From Trichodesmium erythraeum IMS101 (GTDB lineage Bacteria; Cyanobacteriota; Cyanobacteriia; Cyanobacteriales; Microcoleaceae): a DNA stretch of 32,000 nucleotides. Numbering within the stretch: position 1 is the stretch's first letter; each line of letters begins with the position of its first letter. Both the position numbers and the translations under genes were made by a program. The stretch lies in assembly GCF_000014265.1 (NCBI RefSeq), contig NC_008312.1, positions 5,730,001 through 5,762,000 of the forward strand. Direction: 5' to 3'. The notes beneath the pieces were generated by a model. The model was not told the DNA's origin, searched no databases, and worked only from the letters and a program-made list of their open reading frames with translations. Of this stretch, positions 27,701-32,000 are shown in pieces.

Positions 27701-30700
27701 CCGAGGAAGAATTACTGCATTTAAGACCTTCGCGCATTTGAGCGATCGCTCCATTATTATTACCTATTTTCAACATCGAAGCAGCCATTTTCATTGCTTC
27801 AATTCCATAATGTTCCCTAGCTTGATTTGATAATTCAGCAGCCATATTTCTTGGTAAATAAGTTTGAGTAATTTCTATAGCTTTCCTCGCATTTTCTATA
27901 TTACCTCCAGACTGCATTAAGCGGGAAGTTTCCGAAGAAGAATGTAAACGGAAACAGGCCAAAATTTCTGGTTCAAACCAAATAGGATAAAAAGCAGCTA
28001 TTCGCTTCCAAATTTCCCAGTCAGCAGCCGAAGCAGCTTGGGAACAAAAACCACCCAAATGTTCATAAACCTCACGTTTAACAACCATTCCCACAACCTG
28101 AATACGTTGCTCAACGGTAATCTTTTCTATAAACTTTTCTATAACACCAGGAGTGTCTCTTTCCAATACAGATAAATACTTTTTATGGTCATTTTCATCT
28201 ATATAATAGTGACGACAAAATGCTGCTCCTAGTGTTGTATTTTTTTCTATTCCACGACGCAATTTTTCATAAAAACCAGGCAAGACAAAATCATCATCAT
28301 GGAGTAGATGAACCCAATATCCTTTTGCTCGTTGTAGACAAATATTAAAAATAGGAGCTTGACCAATATCTTGTGGGAAATGCCGATAACAATTAATTCT
28401 TTCACCCCCTACTTTTCGGACAATAGCTTCTATTTCAGCTTGAATTTTATAATCAGGACAATCATTAACTACTTCAATCTGCATTTCCTCTGGAGGAGGA
28501 GCTTGTTGCAATACACTTTTTAGAGTTTGTTCTAAATATTTTACCTTTTTATAAGTAGGAATCATCACAGACCAAAATGGTCTATCTTTATTGTATGATA
28601 ATCGATTAATTTCTGGATACTCAATACCCATTTGGTTATTTTTTAGGGTAACTATTTGAGGTATTTTTTCTACACCTACTTCTACTTGTTGTTCACGCCT
28701 TGCCGTTGCCCAAATCCAAGGTTTAGCAGATTTTAAAGAAACTAAATTAAACCCTGCTGCAATTAATAAATCTTTTAATTGTTCTTCAGTATAAGCATTG
28801 CCAGAAAAATAATATTGTTGATCTTTTGCTCCTTCTTCATCAAATTTTCCTAAACTTTCAGCACTATAATCATGTACTTGAATTCTAAAATATCCCCCCA
28901 TTTTTAAGACCCGAAATATTTCACGAAAATAATTTTTGACAATAGAAATAGAACGGATGTGCTGAAAAACTATTGTCGAAAAAACAAAGTCATAATTTTC
29001 ATCAGGCAACTGTTGTAAATCATAGCCATTATTAACATATACTTCTCCATTTTGTTTCCCATCGGCTAAATATTGCCGTGCAAACTGAATCATATTTTCA
29101 GAAATATCTACACCATCTACCCGCGCAAATTTTGCTCGTAAATACTTAATAAGACGACCAACACCACAGCCAATTTCTAATACTTTCCACTCTGGTTTAG
29201 TAGGGATACCTTCCATAATTTGTGGCACCCAATTTTCTATTGACTTTTCCCAAGCTTGCTTTTTTTCTTCTGGGGAAAGCGTATCCATTCCGTTATAAGC
29301 TAACACCCGCCCAAACATAGCTTCATCTAGAGAATTTACATTCCAAAAATGGCGCTGCATTTCTAACTGTCCATGATTTATTTTAAATTGAATTTCCCCT
29401 AAATTTTTCCTGTCTTCCATAGTAGATAATCTCTTTGCTTTAATCTGATTAAAAGTCTGAATAAATACGTCACTCATAATCTTAGCCATTTGAGACCAAG
29501 AAAACTTTTGAGCTTGTGCTAAACCAGCAGTAATTAATTTTTGCTGAACTTCAGATTTTTGCACTTCACCCAAAGCATTTACTAAGCTATTAATATCATT
29601 ATCATTTATATATAAAGCTGCTGTTCCTGCCACTTCTGGAATTGAAGAATTTTTACAAGTAATAACAGGACAACCACAAGCCATTGCTTCTAAAATAGGC
29701 AGTCCAAAACCTTCATATTTTGAGGGATAAACTAAAGCGATCGCTGCCGAGTAAGCTGATTTTAATTCTTGGTCACTTAGTTGTAATAAATGGATTTTAC
29801 TACCTGAGATATATTTACTTAATTCTGGCTCTAGTTTTCTATTTCCTCCTATACAAACAATATCAAATTCTGTGGATTTCTTTAATTTAGAAAAAGCTTG
29901 AAAGAATAAAATAGTATTTTTATAACCTAACCAACCTATTCTCTCACCCACTATTAAAAAGTATGGCTTATTAATGTGATATTTTGACTTAAAACTAGCA
30001 ACTTCTTGAGGAGTTGTTCTGGAAAATTTAGCTTCAATTCCACAGGGAGCTACCCTGATATAATTTGCAGGTATTTGAGGAAAATATTTTATCAAATCCC
30101 GAGCTGTATTTTCTGAAATTGCAACATAAGAAATTGCCTGTCGAATACTACGATGTTTTTCTTGCCATGAAGGGTTATTAAGATTTTTGGCTAAAACTTC
30201 TGGAATCATATCATAAGCCATAAATACAGATGGCGTTAAGATAGGTGTTGTGTAATAAGTAGAAATGAAAATATCAGCATTTTCTTCATCACATATTGTC
30301 TGCAACATTTGACGATCTGCATCTATTTTTCCGTAGTTATATCCAGGCACAGACCGATAGTTGATACCCGGAATTTTTGGTGCTGTTTTTGCTCTATCAA
30401 GCACTAATATATTTTTAGCAAAACTATCTTTTGACCATACTTCTAATAAAGATTTCCAAACACGGGCAATACCTGTATTATTGATTTGGAAAAATACACC
30501 ATCTATAAGAAGTTTTAAATCCAATTGCTGCTGATTTTTTTTCTTTTTTTCTGTAACTTTTTCATGGTCTAGTTGAGTTAAAGTTTTTTTCCTGTTCTCA
30601 GGTTTATATCTAGCCACCTTAAAGATGTTTTGAAACTCGCTATGTGATAAACTTTTCTCTGTTAACAGGTGTAAAGATTCTCCATCTGAATATAAGTTAA

Positions 30701-32000
30701 GTTTAAACTTTTGACCAATTACAGATAATGCTTTTGTGGTGTATATAGAAATATGTTGACCTTCTTCCAGAGCATAATACCACCAATCATTAGGATGAGG
30801 ATTATTAGGTGGTAGTAGCTTTGTACTAAATAAAATATTTCTAGTGTGTTGCAGTATATTCTCAATTTCTGCCAGAGGATTTATGAAATGTTCAAATACT
30901 TCAAAAGCTGTAATTATTTCATATTTCTGCTGCTTATTTATTTCTCCTTCCCATCCTTGATAAAAAATATTTTGGCAATACTTATCATATCCATAAAAAT
31001 CTAACCCTAAGTCACGCATCATGCGGACAAATAAACCATATCCACAACCATAATCTAGGAATTTACTATTAGTATTAAATAAATTAAGAATTAAGTTTTC
31101 TGTAATCAGAGAAAAGTTTTGATTTCTAGATACCAGACCTACATCACTACTAGCAATTGCTTCTTTATAAGCTTCAGCTAACCAATAAGGATTTTCCGTT
31201 TGTACAAACCCACAATTAGAACATTGAAAATATTCAACATTATATTTATTTAAAACCTTAGCGTCATCAAATTTACAAGATATTGAACCACAAACTTTGC
31301 AATGAACATTTTGGAGCTGTAAACTACCACTAAACATTGTTTTTTCTGTAAATTCGTCAGCTTCAATATTTCGGATAATAGAGGGAGGATGATTCAGAGG
31401 AAAAATCATTTCTTCTGTAGACATATTGGCAAATTTATTGATACTTAAAGTGTGGGTAGCTTCCTCACCAAAACCAATATTAGAAACTAAATTAACCTTG
31501 GGTAAAATAATTAAACTATGATGATTCCAAGAGGCAAATATCCAAGCATAAGCCCAAGAATTAAACCCTTGATAATTATTCTGAAAAATCTTTGACCAAT
31601 ACTGAACTGCGTGACTATTTTGCAGAATATTTTCTAACCACTTACTATCTCTAAGTTTCGGCCATAGCTGCATCTGATTATCATAATTTTTCCACGCTCT
31701 TCGCCAAGTTGCCCAACCCCAACAATGAGGATAACGAGAGAAATAATAACTATATTCTATTGAATTATTACCAAACTGAAAATTATCCCCAGATATAGCC
31801 ATTACTTTATTATTATCTTGATATATATCTAATAACTCCTGACAAAATCGAAAAAAGGTTAGATGAGGTACACAGTCATCCTCCAAAATAATCGCTGATT
31901 CTACTAAACTAAAAGCCCAATTTAATCCACTATAAATACGCTCTCTGCAACCTAAATTAACCTCAGCATAATTAGTTAAAACTTCACATTTCCAATCAAC
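24717..32000 (-). CDS. Giant multidomain glycosyltransferase/methyltransferase fusion protein (partial; 5' end beyond window)
   Basis: The frame is open from 32000 to the stop, so the protein exceeds 2,389 aa; the ORF-track Met at 31886 is internal, because the frame continues upstream as ..[32 protein letters not shown]. The domains below are read from motifs.
- 31332-32000: GT-A fold with EDD motif.
- 30657-31301: Cys4 zinc ribbon (CKVCG..CSNCG) plus SAM MTase (LDYGCGYG).
- 29442-30521: GT4 ([18 protein letters not shown]).
- 28707-29339: SAM MTase ([11 protein letters not shown]).
- 27927-28580: GT2 (VMIPTYK..LLHDDDF).
- 25812-26861: GT41/SPINDLY-OGT-like (..[28 protein letters not shown]..).
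- Three ~125-131-aa helical modules at 27153-27524, 25296-25688 and 24729-25121. Confidence 0.85.
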   Translation of the reverse strand, partial: VDWKCEVLTNYAEVNLGCRERIYSGLNWAFSLVESAIILEDDCVPHLTFFRFCQELLDIYQDNNKVMAISGDNFQFGNNSIEYSYYFSRYPHCWGWATWRRAWKNYDNQMQLWPKLRDSKWLENILQNSHAVQYWSKIFQNNYQGFNSWAYAWIFASWNHHSLIILPKVNLVSNIGFGEEATHTLSINKFANMSTEEMIFPLNHPPSIIRNIEADEFTEKTMFSGSLQLQNVHCKVCGSISCKFDDAKVLNKYNVEYFQCSNCGFVQTENPYWLAEAYKEAIASSDVGLVSRNQNFSLITENLILNLFNTNSKFLDYGCGYGLFVRMMRDLGLDFYGYDKYCQNIFYQGWEGEINKQQKYEIITAFEVFEHFINPLAEIENILQHTRNILFSTKLLPPNNPHPNDWWYYALEEGQHISIYTTKALSVIGQKFKLNLYSDGESLHLLTEKSLSHSEFQNIFKVARYKPENRKKTLTQLDHEKVTEKKKKNQQQLDLKLLIDGVFFQINNTGIARVWKSLLEVWSKDSFAKNILVLDRAKTAPKIPGINYRSVPGYNYGKIDADRQMLQTICDEENADIFISTYYTTPILTPSVFMAYDMIPEVLAKNLNNPSWQEKHRSIRQAISYVAISENTARDLIKYFPQIPANYIRVAPCGIEAKFSRTTPQEVASFKSKYHINKPYFLIVGERIGWLGYKNTILFFQAFSKLKKSTEFDIVCIGGNRKLEPELSKYISGSKIHLLQLSDQELKSAYSAAIALVYPSKYEGFGLPILEAMACGCPVITCKNSSIPEVAGTAALYINDNDINSLVNALGEVQKSEVQQKLITAGLAQAQKFSWSQMAKIMSDVFIQTFNQIKAKRLSTMEDRKNLGEIQFKINHGQLEMQRHFWNVNSLDEAMFGRVLAYNGMDTLSPEEKKQAWEKSIENWVPQIMEGIPTKPEWKVLEIGCGVGRLIKYLRAKFARVDGVDISENMIQFARQYLADGKQNGEVYVNNGYDLQQLPDENYDFVFSTIVFQHIRSISIVKNYFREIFRVLKMGGYFRIQVHDYSAESLGKFDEEGAKDQQYYFSGNAYTEEQLKDLLIAAGFNLVSLKSAKPWIWATARREQQVEVGVEKIPQIVTLKNNQMGIEYPEINRLSYNKDRPFWSVMIPTYKKVKYLEQTLKSVLQQAPPPEEMQIEVVNDCPDYKIQAEIEAIVRKVGGERINCYRHFPQDIGQAPIFNICLQRAKGYWVHLLHDDDFVLPGFYEKLRRGIEKNTTLGAAFCRHYYIDENDHKKYLSVLERDTPGVIEKFIEKITVEQRIQVVGMVVKREVYEHLGGFCSQAASAADWEIWKRIAAFYPIWFEPEILACFRLHSSSETSRLMQSGGNIENARKAIEITQTYLPRNMAAELSNQAREHYGIEAMKMAASMLKIGNNNGAIAQMREGLKCSNSSSVINLLVSILINAETEAETSLIQATSQHLLSLEPQLIESKKTPHKVETNLLPSLAEINKEIELYKQNQLDKSALVKLQEIRKKIAYFWLSIDTLENLKIAYLGDFCQIHKALLTSSITDESLTETEKKIVTQIKANIVKGFKEPLDIKYLLAGMLYQRADQLEVKYEKAPIPKWFAIDYLNFMFASPQVFQEIGETDNYYHFMTGWLSYVHNNISINSESELWQAIARIFVENANWIPLYFTTRPNLKNLYIKRAEIIEFALKKLGLELNYTMPPYQFNRSKIRLGIIKDHYTPQTETYSLLPVFEHLDRSKFEIFLYAIKSNGHPLEQYCQSRADKFLQLPNELKNQVQTIRDDNLDILFFGSNITATIKNSTLLATHRLARVQVTSINSPTTTGMASIDYYISGKLTAPTEMTKEHYTEKLVNLEGSGLCFQDPIAETLPVVQPLRSSWGATNETTIFISGANFYKIIPEIRETWAKILRAVPNSILVLYPFNPNWTNSYPVGSFIQQMRGTLERHGIHSKRLVVIKPLPSKSDIKKCLELADIYLDSFPYGGATSLLDPLMLGLPPVVVEGNALRFRQGPALLREINIEDLIADGEESYINLAVKLATNSEWRQQKRQEIKEKMQQNPAFLDSRSYSAEIGKLFQELFQKWQNIHAPKTIESQDNNSLTSEFINRLVGCVNLYKIDPNDQSLIEELRQIRKQIANFWLDTNPQKLEIIYQGKVRQAYLSLLSSGIQNEPQTEKEEKFIKELTDISMGLTNSKSINALLGGMLYFLPGKMLVRDAKNRLPEWLINDYQQVFESREVVQKLEKDFQTKLPHFSEDSISRDLVSKPIKIAEVQTEKNIFLTENKADNLDFVISKFLNQLLGNVNLYYIDPSDESVVKELRQLRKQMADFWINLEPQKLENFYLGEMGKAYQALLNSEIQNQSLIESEQEFLQQLATQLSQGIEAPKAINYLLAAILYCRPEQLRIEDATKLPQWLLSDYQKFIGN

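Noticed and set aside
1-32000. DGR template repeat or reverse transcriptase within this window
   Set aside because: The invariant core of the VR-like segment (cgctctgcga.tcgcaac, attggttttcgt) occurs only once, and no RT-like ORF is present. If a DGR exists it is elsewhere in the genome.

Overview
This is a low-GC cyanobacterial chromosome segment. There are seven perfect HIP1 octamers (GCGATCGC), where composition predicts well under one. Gene content includes rimO, cobH and conserved cyanobacterial DUF-type genes. The low coding density, many decayed IS elements and many pseudogenes resemble Trichodesmium-type genomes; that assignment is inference only.

Layout:
- (a) 1-4433: rimO (-), a 1.3-kb extremely AT-rich spacer, a Thr-rich OmpA-like protein and a NUDIX hydrolase.
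- (b) 4436-13854: a 9.4-kb 'graveyard' with no intact protein gene. It holds a Ser/Thr-kinase/FGE-sulfatase gene split by an IS630-family element, which is itself split by an IS5/Harbinger-type element. It also holds an SNF2-helicase C-terminal relic, two inverted copies of a second IS630 lineage, an unassigned purine-rich 0.7-kb block, an intact tRNA-Tyr(GTA)/tRNA-Thr(GGT) pair and a decayed TnpB (IS605/IS1341-type) gene.
- (c) 13982-23275: housekeeping or conserved cyanobacterial genes. These are an HTH/acidic protein, a LapA-like small membrane protein, a membrane protein, cobH, an orphan ABC ATPase, an IS630 fragment, a TPR-like protein, a DUF3531-like protein, a second NUDIX, a TPR protein and a DUF3288-like protein.
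- (d) 23900-24600: a dead SAM-methyltransferase gene.
- (e) 24717-32000: one uninterrupted ORF of more than 2,389 aa on the minus strand, with its 5' end outside the window. It fuses six catalytic modules in the order GT-A, MTase, GT4, MTase, GT2, GT41/OGT-like, plus a triplicated helical module.

Most notable observations:
- The dead FGE domain ends in a GC-rich, adenine-poor stretch of NNY codons that looks like a diversity-generating-retroelement variable repeat. No template repeat or reverse transcriptase lies in this window.
- The nested IS insertions.
- Young tandem duplications (14-99 bp) throughout the decaying DNA.
- The giant glycosylation/methylation fusion enzyme.

No CRISPR array, rRNA or recognisable riboswitch was seen. 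I did not find a clearly novel multi-gene system; the candidates are listed with their caveats.
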